Assembly (NCBI GenBank): GCA_040218735.1
Contig: JAVJQW010000062.1
Coordinates: 64,001-128,000 of the forward strand
Reading direction: 5' to 3'
From: Deltaproteobacteria bacterium
GTDB taxonomy: Bacteria; Myxococcota; Kuafuiibacteriia; Kuafuiibacteriales; Kuafuiibacteriaceae
DNA: 64,000 nt
Positions 1 through 12,965 of this stretch are shown in pieces. How positions within the stretch are numbered: position 1 is the first letter of the stretch; each line of letters opens with the position of its first letter. The notes beneath the pieces were generated by a model. It worked only from the letters and a program-made list of their open reading frames with translations, did not search any database and was not told the DNA's origin. The position numbers and the translations under genes are program-made.

Positions 1-1560
1 TTCACGGCGGTGACGGATCACTCCGAGTTCCTCGCCGAGACGCAGATCTGCACGACGCCCGGGATGCCGGGCTACACGTCGTCGACCTGCCAGACCTATC
101 GCAACAACCCGACGCTCGCGTTCGCGCTCTTCGGTCTGCGACTTACGTCCCAGAACCCGACGCGCTTCACGTTCTGCTCGCAGCCCGGCGTCGACTGCTC
201 GGGGGTCGCGCGCACCACGTGGCAGCGTGTGCAGGACGCGGCGGACGACGCCAACGATCCGTGCAACTTCACGGCGCTGAGCGCCTACGAGTGGACCGGC
301 ACGACGGACCTCGACAACTTCCACCGGAACGTCGTCTTCCGCGGGACGCAGCTCCCGACGCAGCCGACGAGTTACTTCGAAGCGCCGACGCCGCAGGACC
401 TGTGGAGCCGGCTGTTCCTCGACTGCCAGTCCGGGAACCGCGACTGCGACGTGCTGGCCATCCCGCACAACTCGAACGCGAGCGGCGGCAACATGTTCGT
501 CCCCGAGAACCCGGACGGCTCGCCGCTCAGCGCGGCGCAAGCCAACTTCCGCGCGCGCATGGAGCCGCTCGTCGAGATCTACCAGCACAAGGGTGACTCG
601 GAGTGCCTCCCGGGGATCTTCGCGGGTGAAGAGGAGTGCGGCTTCGAGAAACTCGGCGGCATCCAGCAGGGCGCCGGGTACGTCCGCAACGCGCTCGAAG
701 AGGGGCTGCGCCAGCAGCGAAGCATCGGCGCGAACCCGTTCAAGCTCGGCATCATCGCCTCGACCGACACCCACAACGCATCGCCCGGCGCGGTCGACGA
801 GAACCGGTGGGAGGGCCACCTCGGCAACACCGAGTCGTCGCCCGAGCAGCGCCTCTCGAACGGCGCCTTCTCCCCGGGCGGCCTCGCCGCGGTCTGGGCG
901 ACGAGCAACACCCGCGACGGTGTCTTCGACGCGCTCGCGCGGCGCGAGACCTACGGCACCAGCGGCCCCCGCATCGCCGTGCGCATGTTCGGTGGCTGGG
1001 ACTATCCGGACGACCTGTGCAACAGCGCGACGCTCGTCGAGGACGGCTACGCGGGCGGCGTCCCGATGGGCGCCGACCTCACATCGCGCCCGAACGGCAA
1101 CGCGCGTCCGAGGATCGTCGTCGCCGCGACCTGGGACCCTGGGCACGACATCGCGGGTGTCGGCGACGGCTACGCCCCGCGCGACGGCACGCGACTCGAG
1201 CGCATCCAGATCGTGAAGGCCTGGGTCGACGGCTTCGGCATCACGCGCGAGCGCGTCTACGATATCGCCGGCCAAGTCTCGAACGCGCAGGTCGACACCA
1301 ACACCTGCGCCCCGACGCCCACCGGCGCGGAGCACCTCTGCGCGGTGTGGGAGGACCCGACGTTCAACGCCAACGCGCCGGCGTTCTACTACGCGCGTGT
1401 CCTCGAGGAGCCGTCGTGTCGCTGGGACGCGTTCGAGTGCATCGACGCGGGCATCACGTGCGGCGGCAGCGTGCCGCGGGAGTACAGATACTGCTGCAAC
1501 GGCACCGACCTCACCGTACAGGAGCGGGCCTGGACCTCGCCCGTCTGGTACACGCCATGA
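1..1560 (+). CDS. DUF3604 family protein (PHP/amidohydrolase-like), 5'-truncated by window edge
   Basis: Frame is open from base 1 (FTAVTDHSEF). Family-typical motifs: AYEWT, HRNVVF, IPHNSNASGG, EIYQHKGDSEC, IASTDTH, ETYGTSGPRI, QERAWTSPVWY. Confidence 0.85.
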   Translation, partial: FTAVTDHSEFLAETQICTTPGMPGYTSSTCQTYRNNPTLAFALFGLRLTSQNPTRFTFCSQPGVDCSGVARTTWQRVQDAADDANDPCNFTALSAYEWTGTTDLDNFHRNVVFRGTQLPTQPTSYFEAPTPQDLWSRLFLDCQSGNRDCDVLAIPHNSNASGGNMFVPENPDGSPLSAAQANFRARMEPLVEIYQHKGDSECLPGIFAGEEECGFEKLGGIQQGAGYVRNALEEGLRQQRSIGANPFKLGIIASTDTHNASPGAVDENRWEGHLGNTESSPEQRLSNGAFSPGGLAAVWATSNTRDGVFDALARRETYGTSGPRIAVRMFGGWDYPDDLCNSATLVEDGYAGGVPMGADLTSRPNGNARPRIVVAATWDPGHDIAGVGDGYAPRDGTRLERIQIVKAWVDGFGITRERVYDIAGQVSNAQVDTNTCAPTPTGAEHLCAVWEDPTFNANAPAFYYARVLEEPSCRWDAFECIDAGITCGGSVPREYRYCCNGTDLTVQERAWTSPVWYTP

Positions 1561-2393
1561 AGAAGCTGCTCGCGGATCCGATGCTCCGGTACCTCGTCGT
1601 CGGGGTTGGTTTGTTCCTCGTGTTCGGTGACCTCGTCGACGACGGCCGTGCACCGATCGAGGTCTCGGCGGGTTACGTCGATGGCCTCGCGATGTTGGAG
1701 TCCGAGCGCCTCGGGCGCGCGCCGACCGAAGCCGAGCGCCAACAACTCGTCGACCGCCACGTCGAGGAGGAAGCGCTCTACCGCGAGGCCATCGCGATGG
1801 GCCTCGACGAAGGTGACGTCATCGTGCGGCGCCGCCTCATCCAGAAGATGCGGTTCCTCCTCGACGACGCGATCGTCACGGAGCCGCCGTCTCAGGCGGA
1901 GCTCACGGAGCACCTCACGGCGAACGTCGAACGCTTCGCGCGCCCGGCGCGCCTGGGGTTCGAGCACCGCTTCTTCGTGCCGGACCGCCCCGACGCGTTC
2001 GTCGCGGACGCCAAGGCGAAGCTGGTGGCGCAGCAAGAGATCGTGAGTGATCCGTTTCTGCTCACGGGCCTGACCCTCCGCGACGTCTCCACCACGGAGA
2101 TCACCCGGACGTTCGGACGCGACATGGTCGAAGGCCTCGCCGACGCTCCGCTCGACGTGTGGTGGGGTCCGGTGCGATCGCGCTACGGACGGCACCTCAT
2201 CCGAGTCACGTCGCGCACGGAGCCCGGGGCGCCGTCGCTCGAAGACCCCGCGGTGCGCGCCCAGGTGTTGCGCTCGCTGACGGAGCAACGTCACGCCGCG
2301 GACGTCCGGGCGGCGGTGGGTGCGATCGTCTCGTCCTACCCGACGTCGCGTCCCGAGGTCCCCCCCACCACGGTCGCGCAGGTGCAGCGATGA
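1557..2393 (+). CDS. PpiC/rotamase-like peptidyl-prolyl isomerase family membrane protein
   Basis: ATG at 1557 overlaps the upstream stop (ATGA). N-terminal TM, EEALYREAIAMGLDEGDVIVRRRLIQKM and WWGPVRSRYGRHLI. Usual partner of DUF3604. Confidence 0.8.
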   Translation: MKKLLADPMLRYLVVGVGLFLVFGDLVDDGRAPIEVSAGYVDGLAMLESERLGRAPTEAERQQLVDRHVEEEALYREAIAMGLDEGDVIVRRRLIQKMRFLLDDAIVTEPPSQAELTEHLTANVERFARPARLGFEHRFFVPDRPDAFVADAKAKLVAQQEIVSDPFLLTGLTLRDVSTTEITRTFGRDMVEGLADAPLDVWWGPVRSRYGRHLIRVTSRTEPGAPSLEDPAVRAQVLRSLTEQRHAADVRAAVGAIVSSYPTSRPEVPPTTVAQVQR

Positions 2394-3214
2394 GACGCCT
2401 CCTCGGGGTCCTCGTGCTGCTCGCGCCCCACGCGGCGTGGGCGCACGACTTCGCGCCAGGCCGCCTCGACGTGACCGTCGACGGCGACGCGGTCGAAGCA
2501 CAGCTCGCCGTCCCGCTGAGCGCACCGGGCGCCGAAGACGTTCGCCTCGTGCCGCCCGACGGGTGCCGCGTGGTCGCGAGCCACCGGGTCCCGCACGAGC
2601 GAATGGTCGTGACGCGCTCGCGCCTGACGTGCGACGGCGACATCCCCGCGCTCGAGGTCGCGGGCTTGATGCGTTCGCGGCTCGACCTGTTCGTTCAGCT
2701 CGACGGGACGCCGCAACCTCTCTTGCGCCCAGCCGCACCCGTGCTGGCGATCGACAGAGGCTCGGTGGCGGACACCTTCCGCACCGCGTTCGTGACTCGG
2801 TTCGTCGAAGTGCTCCGCCCCGTTTCGATCCTCGCCGCGCTCGCGGTGGGGTTGTTCTGCGCGGCGCGTGAGCGGAGGTTCGTCGCCCTGCTCCTCCCCG
2901 TCGGCTTCCTCGCAGGTCTGTGGATCGCGGTGCCCGCGTTCGTAACCGGGGGCGTGTTGCTCCTCGGCGCGGTCGCCCTCGCAGCGCGCCGGACCAACGC
3001 GCCTATACCGCACGCCGCGCTGGTGATGTTCGCGCTCGCCGCGGGGCTCCTCGTCAGCACGGAGGCCCCGCGCCTCGACGTCGCGCTCGTGCAGCTCGCC
3101 GGCTGGTGGATCGCGTGGGTCGGCCTCGCGTTCCTCGGCGCGACGCTCACGCGGTGGCGCCGCCCGCTCGCCCCAGTGCTCGGCGTCGCGGCGGCCTTCT
3201 GCCTCGGTCTTTGA
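2390..3214 (+). CDS. HupE/UreJ-like membrane protein (divergent)
   Basis: ATGA overlap at 2390, signal peptide ending AWA-H, periplasmic domain, then about 5 TM segments. Third position of the DUF3604 operon. Confidence 0.6.
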   Translation: MRRLLGVLVLLAPHAAWAHDFAPGRLDVTVDGDAVEAQLAVPLSAPGAEDVRLVPPDGCRVVASHRVPHERMVVTRSRLTCDGDIPALEVAGLMRSRLDLFVQLDGTPQPLLRPAAPVLAIDRGSVADTFRTAFVTRFVEVLRPVSILAALAVGLFCAARERRFVALLLPVGFLAGLWIAVPAFVTGGVLLLGAVALAARRTNAPIPHAALVMFALAAGLLVSTEAPRLDVALVQLAGWWIAWVGLAFLGATLTRWRRPLAPVLGVAAAFCLGL

Positions 3215-3216
3215 CG

Positions 3217-5364
3217 CTAAGGGCCCGTGGAGACGAACGGGCGCACCTGCTTGATCACGATGCGCCCGTCTTGCGTGTGTTTCAGCTCCACGTCGAGCGC
3301 GAGCGGCGCGAGGTGCGCGTAGACGTTCGCCGCGAAGTGGTCGTGTACGTCGAAGAGCAGCGACGCGATCGTCGCGAGCTCCGCCTCCGTGAACACCCGC
3401 TCCCCCGCCGGCAGGCGCGACGACTCCACCTGCACCTCGACGTCCGCCGGCGCGTCGTTCTCGCGCCGGAACGTCAGGGCCTCCGCGATCGCCGTGGGAT
3501 CGTCGGGGCGCACCACGCTCTCACTCCCCGTCTGCGCGTTGAGCCGGTACAGCGGCGCCCCCTCGTCGACGTTCAGCTCGGTGATCGCCACCGCGCTCGC
3601 GCGCTCCAGAACAAACGACGGGTTCACCGCGATCCCCATGTACGCGTCGCGATGATCGATCCCGTAGTACGCGCGCTCGTCGAACGCGCGCACGTTCCAC
3701 AGGCTCGCCCACACCGCCCGAATCGCACGGGCCACCGTGCGCTCGTTGTTCAGGTCACCTTCGAGGTCCGCGATGATCGTGGAGAGGTACGTGCGGTCCG
3801 GGTGCATCGACAGCTCCGCGCGCCGCGCTGCGAGCTGTCCCTCCTTCGCCGCGCGCTCCTCGGCGGAGACACACAGCGACGGCCCGAGCTCGTCGTCGTC
3901 CCGGTCGTCCGCGATACACCCGCTCTTGGAGTCGTACAGCCCCGCGCCGGTGAGGGCGTCGAGGTCCTCCACGTTGGTCGAGCTGCGGAAGCGAATGCGT
4001 TCGAGCGCCCCGACCCGCTGCTCGACCTCGTCGATCAGCGAAGGCGCGATCGGCGCGTCCCGGATCGCGTCGCGGATCGTCTTCAACCCACCCCGTTTGA
4101 AGATCGCGTCGGTCGAGCTGCGCGGGTCGGCCAGGAACGCTTCGATCCGGGCGTCGATCCCGTTCGCGGTCACGTGTTCGACGTAGCGCGAGAACGGAAT
4201 GCCGAACCCGCCGGGCCGATGCTCCGACGGGAGGACCGCGTCGAGCTCGGCGATGTTCGCCGCCTTCGCACCGTAGGCGTCGGCGGCCTCGCTCCCGATC
4301 GCGGCGTAGTCGCCAATGCCCGTCACCGTGAGATCCGCGCGCGGCGTCGGCACGGTCGGTCGCGTCCGCGCCCAGAAGGCCTCGGCGTCCTCCAGGTTCG
4401 CGGGCTCCAGCGTGAAGCGATCCTCGGCGACCACCAAACGCACGAGCTGATCCGCGTACCCCTCGACCACCGCCGACTCGTAGATCCGGGGCACCGCCAC
4501 GTTCGGGATGCCCTTCTCCACCAACCGCAGGTTGGTGTGGCTCAGCTGGTTCTGCGGGTCCTTCGTGATGAGCCCCGCGACGACCGAGATGTCGTTCGGT
4601 GCGCTCTCGACCACGACGATGTCGCGCGGGCCGTAGTCGTCCAGCCGCTCGCCGGCCGGGACGACGCGCAGCGTCCCGTATCCCTCGCCTTCGCTGTACG
4701 CGACGTGCGTCAGCCCGCTGATGAGCTGCTCCGGCATGAGGAACGCCACGCCCAGCTCGGCGAGCCGCTGCTGCTCGGCGACGACGAGGCTCTTCTGCCA
4801 GGGGCCGGCCGGGACGAACACCCGCAGGTCCTTCGCAAACGGCGCGCACCGTTCGACCAAACCATCGACCTCGGCGATGTCGTCGACCGTGAGGTTCGAC
4901 GGCTCCGCGTACACCGCGTAGGCGAACACGCCGAGCCGGTCGCTAACTGGGTGCCGCACGCCCGGGTGGAGCTGCACACCTCCCGCCCACCACTGTCGTG
5001 ACCCCGAACGCTGCGTGAGCGAGACGTACGCTTCGAACCCGAGCGTCCGGAACGCCTCGAACGACTGCAGCCACGCGAGGTGCCAGTCGTACTGGCGCAT
5101 GTTCATGAAGTAGCAGTCCTGGTCCAGCGGCGCCGCGCGCTCCACACCGTCGACGTTGAAGAGGTACTTCACGTCGGGCGCGTGCGTGCTCGTGAGCGCC
5201 CCGTAGTCGGCGACCGCGTCGAGCCGCAATCGGTACCGACTGTCGACGGGCACACCGCCGTCGCGGACGGGCACGCCGCCGTCGCGATCCGGCGCGGGCG
5301 GCGCGATGGGCGCCGCCTCACCGCAGGCGGTCGCGAACAACAACAGGATCAGCGCGCGGCGCAT
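3217..5364 (-). CDS. Lipoprotein with phospho-histidine and PEP-synthase/PPDK-type ATP-grasp domains
   Basis: Lipobox LFATAC; QLSHTN..GIPNV His motif; GAKAAN, RFRSSTNVED, GAGLYDS, VWASLW, IKQVRP. Confidence 0.8.
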   Translation of the reverse strand: MRRALILLLFATACGEAAPIAPPAPDRDGGVPVRDGGVPVDSRYRLRLDAVADYGALTSTHAPDVKYLFNVDGVERAAPLDQDCYFMNMRQYDWHLAWLQSFEAFRTLGFEAYVSLTQRSGSRQWWAGGVQLHPGVRHPVSDRLGVFAYAVYAEPSNLTVDDIAEVDGLVERCAPFAKDLRVFVPAGPWQKSLVVAEQQRLAELGVAFLMPEQLISGLTHVAYSEGEGYGTLRVVPAGERLDDYGPRDIVVVESAPNDISVVAGLITKDPQNQLSHTNLRLVEKGIPNVAVPRIYESAVVEGYADQLVRLVVAEDRFTLEPANLEDAEAFWARTRPTVPTPRADLTVTGIGDYAAIGSEAADAYGAKAANIAELDAVLPSEHRPGGFGIPFSRYVEHVTANGIDARIEAFLADPRSSTDAIFKRGGLKTIRDAIRDAPIAPSLIDEVEQRVGALERIRFRSSTNVEDLDALTGAGLYDSKSGCIADDRDDDELGPSLCVSAEERAAKEGQLAARRAELSMHPDRTYLSTIIADLEGDLNNERTVARAIRAVWASLWNVRAFDERAYYGIDHRDAYMGIAVNPSFVLERASAVAITELNVDEGAPLYRLNAQTGSESVVRPDDPTAIAEALTFRRENDAPADVEVQVESSRLPAGERVFTEAELATIASLLFDVHDHFAANVYAHLAPLALDVELKHTQDGRIVIKQVRPFVSTGP

Positions 5365-6686
5365 GACAGGGTCCCTTCAGCGTACCGGTCCGTGACGTGG
5401 AACGTCACTTCGAACGACGTCGCGATGTGTGCGCCGGACACGACGTGACGCCGCCTCAGGAGCCCGCCTCCGGTCGGCGCGGCCAGGATGCGCGCGACCT
5501 CGCTCACCGGGGCGAGTCGCACCGGATCGAGGAGCACGAGCTCGACGTCGTGGTTCGGCACGCAGCCCGCGCAGACGTAGATGTGATCGCCCCGCCCCCA
5601 GGTCAGCGCGACCGCGTCGCCGTACGTAAACAGCGCGGGTTCGACGTAGTCGATGTCGACGACCGGCGGCGTCAACACGTGCGGCCCGTCGACCACGGCG
5701 CCGTCGGCGTCGAGCCGAGCAACCTCGACCATCGTCCACGCCTCCCCGTCGATGGTCTCCGCGGGCGACGAGTCGGCCCACGCGGCGAGGAACCCGTCCC
5801 CCTGCGGCAGCAGCGCGACGCGGTCGAACGCAAACCCCAGGAACCGCGGACCGACCTCGGCGATCTGCACCTCGTCACCGACCGCGGCGCCGGACGCGTC
5901 GAGGCGACCGAAGTGCATCGTGCCGCCGCCCTCGGTCGGCTTGGCGTAGAGGTAGACCGCGCCGCCGTCGACCTCGACGAACGCCGGCCGCGGTGGAGCG
6001 AACCGTGCGCCCAGATCGATCGCCACGCGCGGGGCGCCGCTCGCGCGACCGTCTTGGTCGACCGCCAGCATGAAGAGCTGCGTCACGCCGGTGACACCAC
6101 CGCTGAGCTTGCCCCAGAAGACGAGCGCGCTGTCGTCACCGGTCGCGACGACCTCGAGCGCACCGAACGTCGTGTCGAGGTCGTGCAGCGCGTGCGGCCC
6201 GGAGTGGACGGTGCCGTCGGAGGCGAAGGCGGCCGACATCAGCTCGCCGTCCTCGACCCACACCGCGAGGAGCGTGTCGCCGAGCGCCGTGGCGGAGAGG
6301 TTCGTTCGCTCACCTTCGCCGATGCCCACGACGACGGGCGCGCCCAACGAACCGTCTTCGGCGACGGGCGCGACCTGGAGTGAGATGTCGTCGGTCGGGA
6401 ACCACTGCGCGACCGTCGCGGCAGAGACGAGCGAGACGCCGAACGCTGCGTCGTCCGTCGCGACGTTCGCGCGACCCGTGATCTTCCCGAACTCGTGCGT
6501 GATCCCCAACGCGCCGGTGCAGTCGTGCGTGAGCGTGGCGCTTCTTTCGAGGATCGGCCCCGTGGGGAGGGGCTCGGCGCCGCCGTCGCGACCGCCATCG
6601 CCGCCGCCGTCACGGTCGTCGTCGACGCGGGATGAGCCCCCGCAGGCCACTGCGAGCGCGAGCGCCGCCACCGAAATCCATCGCAT
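5349..6686 (-). CDS. Hypothetical lipoprotein (beta-rich, possibly propeller)
   Basis: MRWISVAALALAVAC lipobox at 6686, DGG-rich linker, repeated beta-strand pattern. Overlaps the start of the downstream gene. Confidence 0.7.
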   Translation of the reverse strand: MRWISVAALALAVACGGSSRVDDDRDGGGDGGRDGGAEPLPTGPILERSATLTHDCTGALGITHEFGKITGRANVATDDAAFGVSLVSAATVAQWFPTDDISLQVAPVAEDGSLGAPVVVGIGEGERTNLSATALGDTLLAVWVEDGELMSAAFASDGTVHSGPHALHDLDTTFGALEVVATGDDSALVFWGKLSGGVTGVTQLFMLAVDQDGRASGAPRVAIDLGARFAPPRPAFVEVDGGAVYLYAKPTEGGGTMHFGRLDASGAAVGDEVQIAEVGPRFLGFAFDRVALLPQGDGFLAAWADSSPAETIDGEAWTMVEVARLDADGAVVDGPHVLTPPVVDIDYVEPALFTYGDAVALTWGRGDHIYVCAGCVPNHDVELVLLDPVRLAPVSEVARILAAPTGGGLLRRRHVVSGAHIATSFEVTFHVTDRYAEGTLSCAAR

Positions 6687-6797
6687 GGCGGTCGTTGTTA
6701 ACAAGAGCCGTACCAGCGTGTGCGGCTCGCGCTTACGCGCGGGGGCTCCGGACCGTCGCGACAAGGGCGCGGGGGGCCATCAGAACTTCGAGTCGCG

Positions 6798-7490
6798 TCA
6801 GTTTTCTTCCGCGATCGCTTCGAGGTGGCCTTCGACCATCACGAGCCGCCGCGGCATCCGCTCCGACAGGTGCGAGCTGTGCGTGACGAGCACGATCGTC
6901 AGCCCGGTCTTTGCGTTCAGCTCGTCGAGCAGATCGTGGATGCCGTTCGCCGAGGTCTCGTCGAGGTTGCCGGTCGGCTCGTCGGCGAGGAGGAGCTTCG
7001 GCCCCAGCACGAGCGCGCGCGCGATCGCGACGCGCTGCTGCTCACCGCCGGACAGCTCGCCCGGGCGGTGGTCGACGCGGTGCCCGAGGCCCACGACGTC
7101 GAGGATCTCCCGCGCGCGGCGGTCGGCCTCACCCTGCGGCATCCGCTGGATGAGGCCCGGCATCATCACGTTCTCCAGCGCGGAGAACTCGGGGAGCAGG
7201 TGGTGGAACTGGAACACAAAACCGATCGTGCGGTTCCGAAAGTCCGCGACCTTCGCCGGCCCCTCCGCGAATGGGTTCTTGCCCTCGAAGGTGATGGTGC
7301 CCTGCGTCGGCTCGTCGAGGGTGCCGACGAGGTGCAGGAAGGTCGACTTGCCGGATCCGGAGCGCCCGATGATCGAGATGCGCTCGCCGGCGTGGATGTC
7401 GAGGTCCACCCCGCGCAGCACTTCGATCGTGCGGCCTTCGAGGTGGTAGTGCTTCACGAGGCCGCGTACGGCGACCAGCGGCTCAGTCAT
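6798..7490 (-). CDS. lolD: Lipoprotein-releasing ABC transporter ATP-binding protein
   Basis: GRSGSGKS, IGFVFQFHHLLPEFSALENV, LSGGEQQRVAIARAL. Follows the lolC/E gene. Confidence 0.9.
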   Translation of the reverse strand: MTEPLVAVRGLVKHYHLEGRTIEVLRGVDLDIHAGERISIIGRSGSGKSTFLHLVGTLDEPTQGTITFEGKNPFAEGPAKVADFRNRTIGFVFQFHHLLPEFSALENVMMPGLIQRMPQGEADRRAREILDVVGLGHRVDHRPGELSGGEQQRVAIARALVLGPKLLLADEPTGNLDETSANGIHDLLDELNAKTGLTIVLVTHSSHLSERMPRRLVMVEGHLEAIAEEN

Positions 7491-9660
7491 CGCGGAGACC
7501 CTCCACCGGGTGGTGCTGCGCGGCGGTCACCGCGGGGTAGATGGTCGCGAGGTAGCTCATGATCACCGCGCACACGGCGATGGCGGCGATCTCGCCCCAC
7601 GCCATCACCACCGGGAGGCGCTCGATGTAGAACACCCGCGGGTCGAGGTCTACGCCGAACTTGGCGACGAGCAGGCACACCACGACGCCGATCGCGCCGC
7701 CGAGGAGCGCGCCGCCGCAGCCGAGTATCAAGCCCTGCACCACGAACACCTTCATGATCGAGGCGTCGCTCGACCCGAGTGATTTGAGGATCGCGATCTC
7801 CTTCTTGCGTTGAAGGACGATCATCACGAGCACGGCGACGATCAGGAACGACGCGACCATCACGATCATCCCCAGCGCGATGAACATCGCGATCTTCTCC
7901 AGCAGCAGCGCGGAGAAGAGCTCCTTGTTCATCGAGCGCCAGTCCTTGACCGTGTACGGGTGCCCGCCGAGGCGGCGCTTCACCTCTTCGACGATGCGCG
8001 CGGTGTCGTCGATGTCTGCGACCTTCACCTCCACGCCGGACGCGCGCTGGCGCATCCCGAAGAAGCGCTGCGCCTGCTCCATGTCGATGTACGTGAACTT
8101 TGCGTCGTACTCGTACATCCCGCTGTAGAAGATCCCGGCCACGCGGAACCGGCGCAGCTTGGGCATCGGCCCCATCGGCCCGATCTCCTCCGACGCCGGT
8201 GACACGAGCTTCACGGTGTCCCCGACGTACGCGCGCAGCGTCTTCGACAGCTCGCGGCCGATCAGGATCCCCGGCAGCACGCGCCGGTCCTTGCAAGGCT
8301 GGCGGATCGCGGGCTCGAGCAGCTCCAGCGGCTCGCCCGGTTTGCCGGAGGGGGCCTTCGGCGGCGGGAACTCGATGCGAGGACACGCGCCCGGGATCTC
8401 CTCGGGGTGCTCCAGGTACTCGAACTCACCCTTGGTGACGGTGGCGCGGAGGGCCTTGGTGCCCTGCTCGCTCGACGCCTCGATCCCCTTCACGAGCGTC
8501 CCGGAGAGGCCGACGTCGGTCGACACCATCGCGTCGCCCATCACGAACGCGGCGACGGTCTCGACGCCCTTGGTGTCCATGAGCTGGCCCTCGACGTCGC
8601 CGTACTCGGTGAAGTCGTCGCCGTGTTTGCCGACCACGACGTGGGCGTGCGCTCCGAGGATCTTCGTCTTCAGATCGTTCTCGAAGCCGCTCATGATCGA
8701 CAGCACGATGATCAGCGCCATCACGCCGAGGCAGACGCCCGCGACGGCGAAGAAGGTCACGAGCCCCACGAAGGCGTCGCGGCTGCGCGCGGCGAGGTAG
8801 CGGCGCGCGATGTCGATCTCGTAGCGGAAGCCGGGGTCGAACCGGCCGCCGCCGTGGAGCAGGAATCCGACGCTCGCACCGACGGTGAGCAACGCGCCGA
8901 ACACGATCGTCGGGAAAATCGCGAGCGCGAGGAACACCTGCTCCTCGGGGAGGCTCGACGCCTTCGCCCACGCGGAGGGCCCGAGCGCCATGCCGAGGTA
9001 GAGCACGTACCCGGCGATGAGCGCGACGTACATCAGCTCGACGAACGCGAGGCGCTTCACCACCCACGCGACCGCGAAGCCGGCGACGAGCGCCGAGAGC
9101 ATCGCAAACGCCACCGCGAGCCCGAGCACCACGGCCGGATCGTAGGAGAGGTACCGCGCGAAGAACGCACCCGCCGTGATGAGCGCGGCGAGCGTCGCGA
9201 AACCGGCGGCCGCGCGCAGGAGTGTCTTCGACGTGGTGCTCCCGCCGAGCAACGCACCGATCGCGAGCAGCGGCAGCGCGTAGCGATCTGCGGCGAACAC
9301 CGCGCGTAGCAGGCCGCGCTCGATCAACGCCTCCGCCGGGAACATGGAGGTCAGGAACGTGGTGTACGAGAGCACCGCCGCGCCGAGCGCGAGCCACACC
9401 GCGGTCGCGACGACGGCGCCCCAGGGCCGCTCGCGGCGCTGCGTCCCGAGGAGCGCCCCCGCGGCGAACGCGACGAGCGTCGCGAGGCACACCCCGGTCG
9501 CCTGCGCGCGTGTGCCGGACATCGCGACGCCGGGCGGCCAGGACAGCCCGAAGACGAACGCGATGCCCTGCTGGAGGGGATCGAGGATCCGCGCGAACAC
9601 GATCTGGCCCGCGATGGCGATGATCGCGTGGACGAGACCGATGAACGCGTTCCGACCCAA
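7483..9660 (-). CDS. LolC/E-family ABC permease with long N-terminal multi-TM extension
   Basis: IARRYL..., LGVMALIIVLSIMSGFENDLK, GMYEYD, KDWRSMNKELFSALLLEK, EIAILKSLG, YPA. TTG start with GAGG upstream. Confidence 0.85.
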   Translation of the reverse strand: MGRNAFIGLVHAIIAIAGQIVFARILDPLQQGIAFVFGLSWPPGVAMSGTRAQATGVCLATLVAFAAGALLGTQRRERPWGAVVATAVWLALGAAVLSYTTFLTSMFPAEALIERGLLRAVFAADRYALPLLAIGALLGGSTTSKTLLRAAAGFATLAALITAGAFFARYLSYDPAVVLGLAVAFAMLSALVAGFAVAWVVKRLAFVELMYVALIAGYVLYLGMALGPSAWAKASSLPEEQVFLALAIFPTIVFGALLTVGASVGFLLHGGGRFDPGFRYEIDIARRYLAARSRDAFVGLVTFFAVAGVCLGVMALIIVLSIMSGFENDLKTKILGAHAHVVVGKHGDDFTEYGDVEGQLMDTKGVETVAAFVMGDAMVSTDVGLSGTLVKGIEASSEQGTKALRATVTKGEFEYLEHPEEIPGACPRIEFPPPKAPSGKPGEPLELLEPAIRQPCKDRRVLPGILIGRELSKTLRAYVGDTVKLVSPASEEIGPMGPMPKLRRFRVAGIFYSGMYEYDAKFTYIDMEQAQRFFGMRQRASGVEVKVADIDDTARIVEEVKRRLGGHPYTVKDWRSMNKELFSALLLEKIAMFIALGMIVMVASFLIVAVLVMIVLQRKKEIAILKSLGSSDASIMKVFVVQGLILGCGGALLGGAIGVVVCLLVAKFGVDLDPRVFYIERLPVVMAWGEIAAIAVCAVIMSYLATIYPAVTAAQHHPVEGLRDD

Positions 9661-9668
9661 GCGAGACC

Positions 9669-11147
<1,479 letters not shown>

Positions 11148-11236
11148 GGGTGGGCTCGCTTACCGCCGGCCGATCTGCATGGTCAACGCCGACTTGTCCT
11201 TGCCCTTTGGCGACAAAGCGATGCATGGGGCGCGCG

Positions 11237-12910
<1,674 letters not shown>

Positions 12911-12965
12911 TCCCCGCCGCGCAAGGTCCTCCGCCCTGCCCTCGAACGCAGTGCAGGAGGGACCG

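Noticed and set aside
636-1556. Long N-terminal extension of ORF 636..2393 and similar extended starts (25016..27082, 41290..43446, 44096..46045, 60608..62473)
   Set aside because: The extensions are Arg/Pro-rich off-frame or antisense readings of real genes; clear internal starts with overlaps or signal peptides exist.
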